Notes: a model not told the origin generated them from the letters alone. A stretch of DNA of 64,000 nucleotides from Chloroflexota bacterium (GCA_027618835.1 JAQCHZ010000004.1:40715-104714); one strand, 5' to 3'. Numbered from the stretch's first letter, positions 39,304 to 50,305 are shown. Made by a program: numbers and translations.

Positions 39304-40305
39304 CTAGTTGATGAGGCGGGTCCACATAAGTACTGAAGAACCGGTTATTAGCCATAGGAAGATGTTTATCATAAGCGGCTTATCTTTGATAAGAATTTCT
39401 TCTGGTGCCTCACCGACGCCTTTGATGTGAATCAGGTACAGATAGCGCAATACGCCATAAGCCACGAACGGAATCGTGAGCATCATTGAATGGTTACTCG
39501 GCACGTTGGCTTCGGTCACACCGGTGCTGAACGTATAAAGCGTGTAAGAAATAAGAGTTGCCGTGGCGACGACATTGATCAGATTGTCGAGTAGCGGCAC
39601 CGTGTATTCGCTAAGAATCCAACGTTGTGCTTCAGCATTATCGCCTGTGATAGAAAGCTCGTTGCGACGTTTTGCGAGAGTAAGAAATAGTGCGCCAAGA
39701 GCGGTGACCACGTATAGCCACGGCGAAATGGTCAGATCAAGTTCAGTTGAAGAACCGGATTGACCGATGATTGCGTGATCTATAGCAATTGACCCTGCAA
39801 CCGCACGTATAACGAATCCGGACGCCACTGCCATAACGTCGAGCAAAACGATGTTCTTCAGCCACCAGCTATAAGCAATGTTCGTTGCTAAATACGCCGC
39901 AGCAGAAATCACCATGGGCAGAGAAATAAGCGTGGCAATTGCCAGTGCTGCGACGATCATGGTTATGGCAATAACAATTGCCCATGGAATACTGATTCTT
40001 CCCGCTGCGATTGGCCTGAACTTCTTGAGCGGGTGAACACGGTCTCGTTCGACATCGATCGAATCGTTGATGAAGTAAATCGCAGCTGAGAGAAGTACGA
40101 AAATTCCCAGGGCCGTGAAAGCCCTTCCTACGATGGCTGCCATGCCAGCAATATCGTCGCTGCTGTACCAAATATTGATAGTGAAGAAGAGCGGAACAAG
40201 AACGAGGCCGTTCTTGACCATCTGCTTAGGCCGCGATTCCTTGATGATTGCCTTCAAACTTGGAATGCTCGCTACCCTCTTAATAACTTCCTGTTCTGCT
40301 GCCAT
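39304..40305 (-). CDS. UbiA-family prenyltransferase (decaprenyl-phosphate phosphoribosyltransferase-like)
   Basis: RPKQMVKN, YFINDSIDVERDRVHPLKKFRPIAAG and KRRNEL motifs. Confidence 0.88.
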   Translation of the reverse strand: MAAEQEVIKRVASIPSLKAIIKESRPKQMVKNGLVLVPLFFTINIWYSSDDIAGMAAIVGRAFTALGIFVLLSAAIYFINDSIDVERDRVHPLKKFRPIAAGRISIPWAIVIAITMIVAALAIATLISLPMVISAAAYLATNIAYSWWLKNIVLLDVMAVASGFVIRAVAGSIAIDHAIIGQSGSSTELDLTISPWLYVVTALGALFLTLAKRRNELSITGDNAEAQRWILSEYTVPLLDNLINVVATATLISYTLYTFSTGVTEANVPSNHSMMLTIPFVAYGVLRYLYLIHIKGVGEAPEEILIKDKPLMINIFLWLITGSSVLMWTRLIN

Positions 40306-40372
40306 ATAAGCGATGATAGGTGCTACAGGAAATCTAGGTCAATTGAGACGCGGACGAGAATTACCTAAAAAG

Positions 40373-41107
40373 ATGCCAGCCAACCCGAAAATACGACTCG
40401 ACAGGTTAATTCTTGAGCGAGGGCTTGCCCCCGACATTAATGATGCGACTGCATTGGTTATGGCAGGAAAAGTCTTAGTGCCTAATGAACGTCGTTCGCC
40501 CACCCCCGGGATGCAAGTTCGGACTGATATCGACATTTCGGTCGTTCCCGATAAACGATTCGTTTCACGCGGAGGTGAGAAACTTTCCCGAGCATTTCGA
40601 GTGTTTGATGTAGAGGCAAGTGGTCTGACGTGCTTAGACGTTGGAGCATCGACCGGTGGTTTTACCGACTGTTTGCTGCAATTGGGAGCCACGAAGGTCT
40701 ACGCCGTCGATACTGGCCGCGGTCAGCTTCATCAGAAGCTACTGAGCGATGAACGAGTCGTGAGCATGGAACGAACGAATTTGGTTGATGGCAATGGACT
40801 TCCCGAGCAGGTTGATTTGGTCGTAGCCGACGTGTCGTTTACGTCGTTGGAATCGGTACTGCCGACGGCGTTCGATCAACTCAAAGCCGGTGGGCAGGCG
40901 GTGGTTCTTCTTAAACCGCAATTTGAAGCGAAAAAAACCGAGGTTCCTAGAGGCGGCGTCATCACCGATCCGATGATCCATGCCGCTGTGATCGGTCGAT
41001 TTGTGAAATGGGCCGGCGATTCGCAGATACGTGTTCGAAATCTTACGAACTCAGGCATACTGGGCGACAAGGGAAACAAAGAGTTTCTACTACATCTCGA
41101 ACCTTAG
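40373..41107 (+). CDS. tlyA: TlyA family rRNA 2'-O-methyltransferase
   Basis: FVSRGGEKL, LDVGASTGGFTDCLLQ, DVSF and KPQFE motifs. Confidence 0.93.
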   Translation: MPANPKIRLDRLILERGLAPDINDATALVMAGKVLVPNERRSPTPGMQVRTDIDISVVPDKRFVSRGGEKLSRAFRVFDVEASGLTCLDVGASTGGFTDCLLQLGATKVYAVDTGRGQLHQKLLSDERVVSMERTNLVDGNGLPEQVDLVVADVSFTSLESVLPTAFDQLKAGGQAVVLLKPQFEAKKTEVPRGGVITDPMIHAAVIGRFVKWAGDSQIRVRNLTNSGILGDKGNKEFLLHLEP

Positions 41108-41149
41108 AGTCTATCTTTGTGGGGAATACATGGTTCGCCTATATTTGCG

Positions 41150-41178
41150 TTGACCGGCCCCGTTGAGCACGTTAAAAT
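41150..41178 (+). promoter_or_regulatory. Sigma70 promoter of the pur operon
   Basis: TTGACC, 17-nt spacer, TAAAAT. Confidence 0.55.
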
Positions 41179-41286
41179 TAGTTCTTCATTCGCCTTCGAG
41201 TTACTGAGCTATTTGGCGAACTCTATACTTGCGACGTAACTTTGCGTCCAATGAACTGAACGGACCGATCTCGAGCATTTATATCA

Positions 41287-42732
41287 GTGATAGATACCCT
41301 AGGCCAGATCATCCCCGAATCCGACGACAAGCCGCATGAAGAGTGCGGCATCGTTGGTGCTTACGTACCCGGCGAAAGCGTAGCTCGGATCGCATTCTTT
41401 GGGCTATTTGCTCTACAGCACCGCGGTCAGGAAAGCGCCGGAATTGCCACATCTCAGGGCGATAAGATCCATCTCAAAGCAAAGATGGGCCTCGTTTCTC
41501 AGGTATTCCGAGAAGAAACACTCGCTGGTTTGCCTGGTCACTTGGGAATCGGTCACACCCGATACTCGACCATGGGTGGCAGCAAGGAATACAACGCACA
41601 GCCGTTGATTGCTGATGGGCAACGAGGTCAGATCGCAGTCGGGCACAACGGAAACGTAATAAACGCTGCCGTACTCCGGGTCGAAATGGCCGAGGAGTTC
41701 GGCTCGACGTTTGAGAAGACTTCCGATACTGAAGTTATTGCCGAATTATTTGCCAAAGCCCCCGGTAACAACTGGTTCGAAGTTTCCGCTTATGCAATGC
41801 GTCGCCTCAAAGGTGCCTATTCGCTAGCAATCATGACTAAAGACAAGCTGATCGCTGTTCGTGATCCGCTTGGAATCCGCCCATTGTGTCTCGGCACTTT
41901 GAACGGCGGTTGGGTTGTAGCTTCAGAAACTGCCGCTCTCGACAACCTTGGAGCCGAGTTTGTTCGCGAACTCGAAAACGGCGAAACCCTCGTAATCGAC
42001 GAAAACGGTATCGAGTCGAAAATATGGTCTGGTGCACGTTTGACGCACGCAATGTGTGTGTTCGAGCAGATTTATTTTGCACGACCAGACAGCATTCTCA
42101 ACGGTGAACTCGCATACGAAACGCGACAACGCCTTGGTGCGGAAGTCTACCGAGAGCATCCCGTAGATGCCGATATCGTGGTGGGGATTCCTGACTCATC
42201 AACTCCGCACGCAGTCGGTCTCGCCGCCGCTGCGAAGATTCCGTACGCAGAAGCAATCATTCGTAACCGATACGTTGGTCGCACATTTATCGAACCCGAC
42301 CAAAAGGCGCGGGCGCAGGGCGTACAGACCAAGTTCAACGCTATGCGTGGCGTTGTCGAAGGCAAGCGATTATTGGTCGTCGACGACTCGATCGTCCGAA
42401 GCACGACCATCACGCGCGTTATCAAGATGTTGCGTCACGCGGGCGCTGCTGAAGTGCACGTTCGCGTTGCCTCTCCGCCGATAAAATCGACCTGCCACTT
42501 CGGCGTAGACATGGCTACTCTAGGCGAGCTGATCGCAGCCAACATGACGATCGAAGAGATCACTAAGTACATCGATGCAGACTCGCTCGCTTACTTATCG
42601 GTCGACGGTCTTCTTCGGGCGGTACGAGCACCCAAAAACTCCTATTGCACGGGCTGCTTCACCGGCAACTATCCAATCCCAGTTCAGCTTGAAATGAACA
42701 AAATGGGATTCGAAGCTGTAACCGCCGACTAA
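41287..42732 (+). CDS. purF: Amidophosphoribosyltransferase
   Basis: EECGIVG, LQHRGQES, GHTRYST and VDDSIVRSTT motifs. Confidence 0.96.
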   Translation: MIDTLGQIIPESDDKPHEECGIVGAYVPGESVARIAFFGLFALQHRGQESAGIATSQGDKIHLKAKMGLVSQVFREETLAGLPGHLGIGHTRYSTMGGSKEYNAQPLIADGQRGQIAVGHNGNVINAAVLRVEMAEEFGSTFEKTSDTEVIAELFAKAPGNNWFEVSAYAMRRLKGAYSLAIMTKDKLIAVRDPLGIRPLCLGTLNGGWVVASETAALDNLGAEFVRELENGETLVIDENGIESKIWSGARLTHAMCVFEQIYFARPDSILNGELAYETRQRLGAEVYREHPVDADIVVGIPDSSTPHAVGLAAAAKIPYAEAIIRNRYVGRTFIEPDQKARAQGVQTKFNAMRGVVEGKRLLVVDDSIVRSTTITRVIKMLRHAGAAEVHVRVASPPIKSTCHFGVDMATLGELIAANMTIEEITKYIDADSLAYLSVDGLLRAVRAPKNSYCTGCFTGNYPIPVQLEMNKMGFEAVTAD

Positions 42733-42864
42733 TTGGCGGTAATTCTCTTAGTGCCAGTTGGTGCATTTAGAGGCTCTTTAATACCCCTCCTGAACGTATA
42801 CTTATCGGCTGATTATTACGCGTCTGATTTGTGACAGACAAATTCGTTCACGGGAGCCGAAATC

Positions 42865-43902
42865 ATGACTGATCGCCGAGCAGGCAAGACCTACGCTGAT
42901 GCAGGTGTAGACCTAGATGCGGCGGCCTCGGTAAAGAGCACCATCAAAGACATCGCAGCAACGACTTTGGGTGCCTCTGTCATCGCCGGTCCTGGCGGAT
43001 TTGGTGGAGTGATAGATCCCGACCCTGCTGGCGATACGTTACTGGTGGCAAGCACCGATGGCGTCGGGACTAAATTGAGAATAGCTGACGCTCTAGGTGC
43101 TCACGATACGATCGGTGCCAGCATCGTGAACCACTGCATCAATGATATTCTTCCCGCTGGTGCACGACCGCTGTTCTTCCTCGACTACATCGGTCTTAGC
43201 CGATTCGATCCAGACAAAATTGCACAGATCGTTTCTGGTCTTGCAAAGGCGTGTGCAGCCGCCGGTTGCGCATTGCTCGGTGGCGAAACAGCCATGATGC
43301 CTGACATCTACCATGGCAACGATTACGATCTTGCCGGATTCATCGTTGGTACCGTTCGAAAAGATGCACTGCTGAAGCCTGAAAACACCAGTGAAGGTGA
43401 CGTGATTCTGGCATTGGCTTCCGATGGTCTTCACACGAACGGCTATTCACTGGTTAGATCAGTATTCGAAACCGACCAAAACCCGTCCGTGCTCACAGAG
43501 AACGTTCCAGAGACTTCACACACACTCGGTGAGATGCTTTTGCGCCCGCACTTGAGCTACCTGGATGCACTCAGCCCTGTTCTGGATAAGATCAAGGGAC
43601 TAGGTCACATCACCGGCGGAAGCTTCTACAAGAACATCCCGCGAGCACTCGCCGATGATCTTGGTGCTGACGTCGATATCTCAACTTGGGATGTGCCGCC
43701 GTTGTTCAGATTTATTCAGGAAACCGGCAAAGTTGAAGATCAGGAAATGTTCAAAGTCTTCAACATGGGCGTTGGTATGACAATCATCGTAGAGCCGGGT
43801 CTTGCTGATGATGTGCTCAGCAGCGTGCCGGGAGCATTCCGGGTGGGTGAAGTTGTGAAGCGTGCACCGGGTGAAGAGCGCACGAAGCTTATCGGTCTTT
43901 AG
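42865..43902 (+). CDS. purM: AIR synthetase
   Basis: TYADAGVD, STDGVGTK, GGETA, GLHTNGYSL and FNMGVG motifs. Confidence 0.96.
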   Translation: MTDRRAGKTYADAGVDLDAAASVKSTIKDIAATTLGASVIAGPGGFGGVIDPDPAGDTLLVASTDGVGTKLRIADALGAHDTIGASIVNHCINDILPAGARPLFFLDYIGLSRFDPDKIAQIVSGLAKACAAAGCALLGGETAMMPDIYHGNDYDLAGFIVGTVRKDALLKPENTSEGDVILALASDGLHTNGYSLVRSVFETDQNPSVLTENVPETSHTLGEMLLRPHLSYLDALSPVLDKIKGLGHITGGSFYKNIPRALADDLGADVDISTWDVPPLFRFIQETGKVEDQEMFKVFNMGVGMTIIVEPGLADDVLSSVPGAFRVGEVVKRAPGEERTKLIGL

Positions 43903-43987
43903 CCGAGGCTTTTAGAGCGGTAGAACACCCGTCAGATCAAGACCGAACATGACCAGAACATAAAGAACGAAGAGAAACGAGAATAAT

Positions 43988-45532
43988 TTGAGAGCGCTAC
44001 TTTCTGCATTCGACCGAACCGGACTCGTCGACTTCGCCAAGGTGTTGGTCGACGCTGGTTTTGAACTCCTGAGCACCGGTGGCACAGCGAACGATCTGAA
44101 ACAGGCCGGTCTTGATATCACTGAAGTTGCATCTGTAACCGGCGCACCAGAGATTCTAGATGGCCGAGTAAAAACCCTTCATCCTCGAATTCATGGCGGA
44201 CTGCTCGGTAAACGCAATAACCCTGCTCACGTCGTGGAAATGAAAGAACACGGCATCGAGGGTATCGATGTCGTTGTGAACAACCTCTATCCGTTCCAGC
44301 AGACCATAGCCAACCCCGATGTGACTCTCGACGACGCGCTGGAGAACATCGACATCGGTGGTCCAGCGATGACTCGAGCCGCTGCTAAGAATTTTCCAGA
44401 CGTAGTAATCATCGTCGACCCTTCCGACTACGGAACAATTGGCGAAATGCTGGCTAATGGGGAAGTTTCGATCGACGAACGACGTCGACTAGCTGCAAAA
44501 GCATTCCAACACGTAGCTAGCTACGACACGTTGATCTCGGCGTACTTGCGTGAGCCAGATTCTGCCGGTGAAGATAAAACCAAGCTGTTCCCTCAGGAAC
44601 TCACGTTCGGTTGGAACCGGGTCGCCATTCCTCGATACGGTGAGAATCCGCACCAGGCGGGTGGGATCTATGTAACTCCCGGCGAAACCGGCGGGATCGT
44701 CAATGCAAAGAAGTTGCACGGCATCGACATGTCGTACCTCAACTACTTCGACGCCGATGCTGCGTGGGTTTCAGCAAATTCGTTCCAGGCTCTCGGTCAG
44801 CACTGCGTATCGGTCGTCAAGCACGCCAACCCGTGCGGACTCGCCACCGACGATAACCAGACAGAGGCGTACCGCAAGGCATACGCAGGTGACACGATCT
44901 CGGCTTTTGGTGGAATCGTAGGATTCAACACGGTTGTCACCGCTGAGACAGCGAAGGCAATGAAGAGTGTCCTCTACGACAACATCGTAGCGCCGGGTTA
45001 TGAACCTGATGCTCTGGAAATATTAAGTAAGCGTAAGCGCACTCGTGTCCTCGAAGTTAAGCTTTCAGAAATACCGTTATTGAACGTCCGAAACGTTACT
45101 GGTGGAGCGCTCGTTCAGCAGCCTGACAATATCGTTGACGATCCATCGTCATGGACAGTTGTTACAAAGAAACAGCCTACTGAACAGCAGCTATACGACA
45201 TGGCGTTTGCTTGGAAGGCTTGCCAGTTGGTTCACTCGAACGCGATCGTTTTCGCCAAGAACTCGATGCTGCAAGGGATGGGTGCGGGTCAGCCGAACAG
45301 GGCGATCAGCGTTTATCTTGCAGCACGAGCCGCTGGAGATGAAGCGGCAGGCTGCGTAATGGCAAGCGACGCTTTCTTCTCGTTTCCAGACGGTATCGAA
45401 GGTGCTGCCGAGGCGGGCGCCGTTGCGGTTGTACAGCCGGGCGGATCGGTGAAGGATCAAGAAGTTATCGAAGCAGCCGACCGACTTGGTCTGGTAATGC
45501 TGTTCACCGGTACACGTCATTTCTATCACTAA
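43988..45532 (+). CDS. purH: AICAR transformylase/IMP cyclohydrolase
   Basis: GRVKTLHP, IDIGGP, RYGENPHQ, KHANPCG and QPGGS motifs. Confidence 0.97.
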   Translation: MRALLSAFDRTGLVDFAKVLVDAGFELLSTGGTANDLKQAGLDITEVASVTGAPEILDGRVKTLHPRIHGGLLGKRNNPAHVVEMKEHGIEGIDVVVNNLYPFQQTIANPDVTLDDALENIDIGGPAMTRAAAKNFPDVVIIVDPSDYGTIGEMLANGEVSIDERRRLAAKAFQHVASYDTLISAYLREPDSAGEDKTKLFPQELTFGWNRVAIPRYGENPHQAGGIYVTPGETGGIVNAKKLHGIDMSYLNYFDADAAWVSANSFQALGQHCVSVVKHANPCGLATDDNQTEAYRKAYAGDTISAFGGIVGFNTVVTAETAKAMKSVLYDNIVAPGYEPDALEILSKRKRTRVLEVKLSEIPLLNVRNVTGGALVQQPDNIVDDPSSWTVVTKKQPTEQQLYDMAFAWKACQLVHSNAIVFAKNSMLQGMGAGQPNRAISVYLAARAAGDEAAGCVMASDAFFSFPDGIEGAAEAGAVAVVQPGGSVKDQEVIEAADRLGLVMLFTGTRHFYH

Positions 45533-45603
45533 ATTGGCTCTAATATGGGCGCAGGAAGTCTTTCTTCGAACGCTCGTATCACGCTCTACGTAGGCGACTC
45601 TCT

Positions 45604-46338
45604 ATGGCAACAACAGTAGACATAGTCATTCCAGTCCTCAATGAGGAAGTGGCTCTACCTGTCTGCATTGAAAAGCTTTTGGCGTTTACTGCTGACTATC
45701 CAGAGCGAGACTGGCGAATTATTGTCGCCGACAACGGATCGACCGATCGGACGACTGATATTGCCAGCGCACTTTCCGAAACGCATTCGCATATATCGCT
45801 GTCACGGCTAGAACAGCGGGGCCGAGGCCGGGCTTTAAAGAAGGCATGGGGCGAAAGTGACGCCGATATCAGGCTGTATATGGACGTCGATCTCTCAACC
45901 GATCTAAAGGCGCTGCCTCCAATGGTTGCTGCCATTGCGGACGATGGTTACGAAGTCGCGATCGGGTCACGACTAACCAAAGGCTCTGAAGTCGTCGATA
46001 GAACTTTGAAGCGTGAAATCACTTCGCGTGGCTACAATTTTGTGATTCATCTCTTCTTTCCTCTCACAAAGTGGAAAGATGCCCAGTGCGGGTTCAAAGC
46101 GATTTCGCGACGCACGGCCGAGAACGTATTACCTCTCGTCAAAGACAATGCGTGGTTCCTTGATACCGAACTTCTGTTACTTGCCGGTAAGGCTGGCTAT
46201 GACATAAAAGAGATACCGGTGCACTGGGAAGACGACCCAGACACTCGAGTGAAAATCGTTTCGACAGCGTGGGAAGACGTAAAAGGCCTACTACGGTTGA
46301 GGTTTAAAGGTCGCCCAGTTCCGCCATCTGCATCTTGA
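45604..46338 (+). CDS. GT2 glycosyltransferase (polyprenyl-phosphate glucosyltransferase-like)
   Basis: VIPVLNEE, DNGSTD, YMDVDLSTD and DAQCGFKA motifs. Confidence 0.9.
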   Translation: MATTVDIVIPVLNEEVALPVCIEKLLAFTADYPERDWRIIVADNGSTDRTTDIASALSETHSHISLSRLEQRGRGRALKKAWGESDADIRLYMDVDLSTDLKALPPMVAAIADDGYEVAIGSRLTKGSEVVDRTLKREITSRGYNFVIHLFFPLTKWKDAQCGFKAISRRTAENVLPLVKDNAWFLDTELLLLAGKAGYDIKEIPVHWEDDPDTRVKIVSTAWEDVKGLLRLRFKGRPVPPSAS

Positions 46339-46415
46339 CCGTTGAATTGCGTGGTCGCTAGAGTTGGATACTCGTGTAGCTACATGAACGCCCTGCGCAC
46401 AAAGAACAGCAAAAT

Positions 46416-47417
46416 ATGAATACTCCCGACGGTTTTGAAATTGGCCGCTCGGTACTAACCGGGTACACAGCCGACAACGAACTACACAGAGCGTTGACCA
46501 TCCTTCGTAACGAAGGCGTCAACCCAGAAGTTGTGGTTGAATTCACAGCGGAACGTGACGGAGTGTTCTGTGGCATCACAGAAGTAAAGACTCTTCTTGG
46601 TCGGGTACTGCCTGAAACTGGGCGAGAAGTATGGGCGCTGGATGAAGGCGTGACCGTAGCCGGTGGCGAAGTCGCTCTACGAATCAGAGCCCCTTACGCA
46701 TCGTTTGGACTATTTGAAACCGCCATTCTTGGCACGCTCGCATCTTGCACGGGTTGGGCAACCGCCGCATCCGAGTGCGTCGACGCTGGTGACGGCATTC
46801 CGGTGATCGCTTACGGCGCTAGGCACGTTCACCCTGAGGTGGTTGGCGTAATGGACTACTCGGCCGTTGTCGGGAAGTGCGCATCAAGCTCGTCAGTCGT
46901 GGGACAGCAACTTCATGGCCTAACACCGTCGGGAACTATGCCGCACTCGCTCGTGCTGCTTATGGGCGACACGGTGCGATCTATTCTTGCCTTCGACAAG
47001 CACATGCCTCCTGAGGTCCCTCGTGTGGCTCTCGTCGACACGTTCAAGGACGAAGCTGAAGAGGCTCTCGACGTTGCTAAGGCGCTAAGAGAGCGACTTC
47101 GTGGAATCAGGCTCGACACGCCAAAAGAGCGAGGTGGAGTAACTCCCGAGTTAGTTCACGAAATTCGAGCTAGGCTTGATCAAGCTGGACACAGCCACGT
47201 CGATATTTTCGTCAGTGGCGGAATTACACCTGAACGAATTCGAGAGTTTGTCGATGCTGGTGCGCCTGTTAGCGTGTTCGCAGTCGGGTATTACATCGCT
47301 GCTGCGAGTCCGATTTCGTTCACTGCCGACATCAAAGAGATCGACGGCAAAGCAATCGCCAAGCGTGGTCGGATCCCTGGTCTTTCGGTAAATCCTCGAC
47401 TATCGCAGGTTTTTTAG
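46416..47417 (+). CDS. pncB: Nicotinate phosphoribosyltransferase (short, archaeal-like type)
   Basis: GARHVHP, GTMPHS, LVDTF, IRLDTP, FVSGG and AKRG motifs. Confidence 0.85.
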   Translation: MNTPDGFEIGRSVLTGYTADNELHRALTILRNEGVNPEVVVEFTAERDGVFCGITEVKTLLGRVLPETGREVWALDEGVTVAGGEVALRIRAPYASFGLFETAILGTLASCTGWATAASECVDAGDGIPVIAYGARHVHPEVVGVMDYSAVVGKCASSSSVVGQQLHGLTPSGTMPHSLVLLMGDTVRSILAFDKHMPPEVPRVALVDTFKDEAEEALDVAKALRERLRGIRLDTPKERGGVTPELVHEIRARLDQAGHSHVDIFVSGGITPERIREFVDAGAPVSVFAVGYYIAAASPISFTADIKEIDGKAIAKRGRIPGLSVNPRLSQVF

Positions 47418-47476
47418 GCTTTGAGCAGAATGCTTCTAGCTTGTTGGTTCAGTAACTCAGCGGCTGACTCTTGTCG

Positions 47477-48904
47477 CTAGCGCTCTTTTGAGCCAGTGAG
47501 TTCGAATCTCGCCACTGTCTGATGCTCAGGCAACACCTTCGCCCAATCAGCAAGTCGGTAACCGGCGATCCATACAATGCCTTTCGCAGAATCGATGATA
47601 GGAACCCGGTTTCTCCAGCGTTCAGGTACCGCCAAACCGACGAAGAAATCTTGCAGTTTGACGTGCGAATTCATCCCGAGAGGTTGAAAACGATCTCCAT
47701 TGATTCGGTTGCGCAAGTTGAGATCGCTTGCGAGCAGATCGGGAGTCGCGTAAGTCACATACTGGTTTTTGTGATCGAGAATTAACGGCCGGTCTATCAG
47801 TTCGGCTCGCAGCGTTACACCTGAGTCAAGTTCAGTAGCACCGGGAGCATTTAGCTTCTGAAGCTCAATCGAACTTGGGTACGGGCAGTCGTCGTGATCA
47901 TCAGAACGGAAACCGAACTCATTCTTATCGACGTAAAACTCAGTCGTGTTCGGCAGCCCGATCGATGTACCGCTCTTTCCTGATAGCAAGCTGATCATCT
48001 TCGAAACATGGGTCCGTTCAAGATTCAGAGCATGGCCGACTTGAAGTTCGTACGCCCGCATCAACATTCTTCCGACGAGGCTATTTGGAAGATTGGCAAG
48101 ATCCTTGCGAGAGTAGCGACGTTTGTCGATTCGTGAGTTCGCAAGATTCTGTTCGACAACCCATTCGATGATGTTCAAATCGTCGGTTGAGTTTTTGGCG
48201 AGCCGAGCCAAAGATTGCGACGCTTTAGGGATGGCGGCGTTTAGCTGAGGCAGCACGTCGAGTCGGAGCTTATTGCGGGTGTAGTCGAGGCTCGCGTTCG
48301 ACTCGTCGATTACGGGATTGATGCCAAGCCGTTGGCAGTATTCGATGCATTCCGTCCGAGGTGTATCGAGCATCGGGCGCAGAACATTTAGTTCAATATC
48401 GGAATTTGGAATTTTGAGGACAGAGTTGAACCGCATTCCTGAAACACCCCGTAATCCAGCGCCTCGGGCGGCGTGCTGCAATACGGTTTCTGCTTGATCG
48501 TCAAGCGTATGACCGGTGACGACTCTAAGTGCGCCATGTGAGTTCGCTACATCTACCAGTGCTAGATAGCGAGAAATTCTGGCCGCCGATTCGATCGAGA
48601 TTTTTTGCTCTGCAGCGAACTGTGGAACATCTACTGATGTGGCGACAAACTCAACGTTCAGATTTTTCGCAATTAGCTGAGCAGATACCTGATTAGCGTC
48701 TGACGAATCCGTCCGAATCTGGTGATTTACGTGCGCTGCGACCAATGTCAGTCTACGTTGATCAGAAAGTTCAGTTAGACCAGCAAGCAAAGCACTGGAA
48801 TCGGGACCACCTGAGAACGCTACGACCAATTTTGATCCGGGTTGAACACCGGTACGGTCAAGTCCATTGGCGAGGAGGTCGATAAATTTCGAGTTCGTAG
48901 ACAT
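47477..48904 (-). CDS. tilS: tRNA(Ile)-lysidine synthetase
   Basis: AFSGGPDS, GHTLDDQAET, RPML and DESN...TRNKLR motifs. Confidence 0.95.
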   Translation of the reverse strand: MSTNSKFIDLLANGLDRTGVQPGSKLVVAFSGGPDSSALLAGLTELSDQRRLTLVAAHVNHQIRTDSSDANQVSAQLIAKNLNVEFVATSVDVPQFAAEQKISIESAARISRYLALVDVANSHGALRVVTGHTLDDQAETVLQHAARGAGLRGVSGMRFNSVLKIPNSDIELNVLRPMLDTPRTECIEYCQRLGINPVIDESNASLDYTRNKLRLDVLPQLNAAIPKASQSLARLAKNSTDDLNIIEWVVEQNLANSRIDKRRYSRKDLANLPNSLVGRMLMRAYELQVGHALNLERTHVSKMISLLSGKSGTSIGLPNTTEFYVDKNEFGFRSDDHDDCPYPSSIELQKLNAPGATELDSGVTLRAELIDRPLILDHKNQYVTYATPDLLASDLNLRNRINGDRFQPLGMNSHVKLQDFFVGLAVPERWRNRVPIIDSAKGIVWIAGYRLADWAKVLPEHQTVARFELTGSKER

Positions 48905-48914
48905 TGGGTTCCGT

Positions 48915-50201
48915 CTACTGAACGACTTCGGCGACCTCAGTCACCCGTCGTACTTGAATGCTGTTGATTTTCGAACCGTCCATCTCGCCAATTTGCATGC
49001 GCAGGTTGCCGAAGCGAACACGGGTGCCGGGATCAGGAAGCTTTTGAGCCTGCTCAAGGAAGAAACCGGCGATGGTTTCGTAATCACCCTCGGGAATTTC
49101 TAATCCAAGCTCGTCGTTAGCTTCGCCGATCTCCAGACCGCCGTCGAGGACGAACATGTTTTCGTTGACCTTGACGAATCTACGGTCGGGCTTGTTACCT
49201 TCTTCACCGGTTCGTCCAACTATCTGTTCAACTAATCGTGACAAGGTGATTAATCCTGCGATGCCACCGAATTCGTCCACAACAAGTGAAATTTTGTGTC
49301 CTGATTCCTGCATCTCATCAAACAGGTCATCGAGCCGCTTGGTTTCCGGAACAAAGTTTGCCTGCCTAAGTAAATTGATTACCGAGAAATCCGGATCAAG
49401 CGATCCTTCCGATAGCGATGCCAACACGTCCTTGACCGAGAAAATACCAACTACGTCATCATGGTCTGTATCGAAAACTGGGAATCTTGTGTGCGGCGAA
49501 ACTTGGTACATATTCATGAAATTCCGATACGTTGCATCAGCTCGAATCCAAATGATTTCAGGTCGAGGTGTCATTACGTCTCGAACTTCCATCTCTCCGA
49601 AACGGAAGATGTTTTCGAGCATTTCACCGGTGTTCTCTTCGACCGTGCCTTCGGCTTCGCCGAGGTCGATAAGTGTTCGTAGTTCACCAGAAGTGACGAT
49701 TGGGCTTGAGAGGGAATCCTTGCCGCCGAGCAGTCGGATGATGCCGCGTGGTACAAGAGTGAATGCGAACACAACAGGCCATGTGATCGTCATCAAGATT
49801 AGGACGATTCGTGCTGTAATGAGCGACCATTTTTCGGGCGCAAGAATTGCTAGCGTCTTTGGAGTCAGCTCACCAACGATTACGATCGCTATTGTTGCGA
49901 TCCCAGTGGCTACGACGGTCGAGAGCAGCGTTGCTTGCCCATTGTCTCCAATGGTCGAGATAGCCAACGTTGTTCCAACGGTTGCGACCATGATGTTGAA
50001 CAGGTTTCCAACAAGCAAAATCGTTCCGAAGAACTTTTCATACTGCTGGTAGATTTTGACAACCAATTGCGCCCGCTTGTCGCCCTCTTCACCGCGATGC
50101 TCAATTCGGTATCGGCTCGCGCCTAATACGGCTGCCTCAGTAGCGCTAATAAATGCGCTGCCAAGCAGACCGATTACGATTATTACAATTGAAGTGGTCA
50201 C
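48915..50201 (-). CDS. CNNM/HlyC-CorC family protein (DUF21 + CBS + CorC)
   Basis: SATEAA, GELTPK, VMTPR, VVDEFGG and YETIAG motifs. Confidence 0.93.
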   Translation of the reverse strand: MTTSIVIIVIGLLGSAFISATEAAVLGASRYRIEHRGEEGDKRAQLVVKIYQQYEKFFGTILLVGNLFNIMVATVGTTLAISTIGDNGQATLLSTVVATGIATIAIVIVGELTPKTLAILAPEKWSLITARIVLILMTITWPVVFAFTLVPRGIIRLLGGKDSLSSPIVTSGELRTLIDLGEAEGTVEENTGEMLENIFRFGEMEVRDVMTPRPEIIWIRADATYRNFMNMYQVSPHTRFPVFDTDHDDVVGIFSVKDVLASLSEGSLDPDFSVINLLRQANFVPETKRLDDLFDEMQESGHKISLVVDEFGGIAGLITLSRLVEQIVGRTGEEGNKPDRRFVKVNENMFVLDGGLEIGEANDELGLEIPEGDYETIAGFFLEQAQKLPDPGTRVRFGNLRMQIGEMDGSKINSIQVRRVTEVAEVVQ

Positions 50202-50273
50202 TTGATTCCATGAGCGGCACCGTCAACAAGACAGCAAACCGCTCTTCATCAAGTTTAGCGGGCAATGACCACC

Positions 50274-50305
50274 AAAACGCAACTGGCAGAAAATTGCCAG
50301 TTACG
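50274..50305 (-). terminator. Probable terminator after recA
   Basis: Minus strand reads aactggca-attttc-tgccagtt followed by gcgtttt. Confidence 0.55.

Noticed and set aside
49156-50052. 298-aa antisense ORF and the many other shadow ORFs in the track
   Set aside because: They lie opposite or within well-supported genes and have no recognisable motifs; this is the expected codon-bias artefact.
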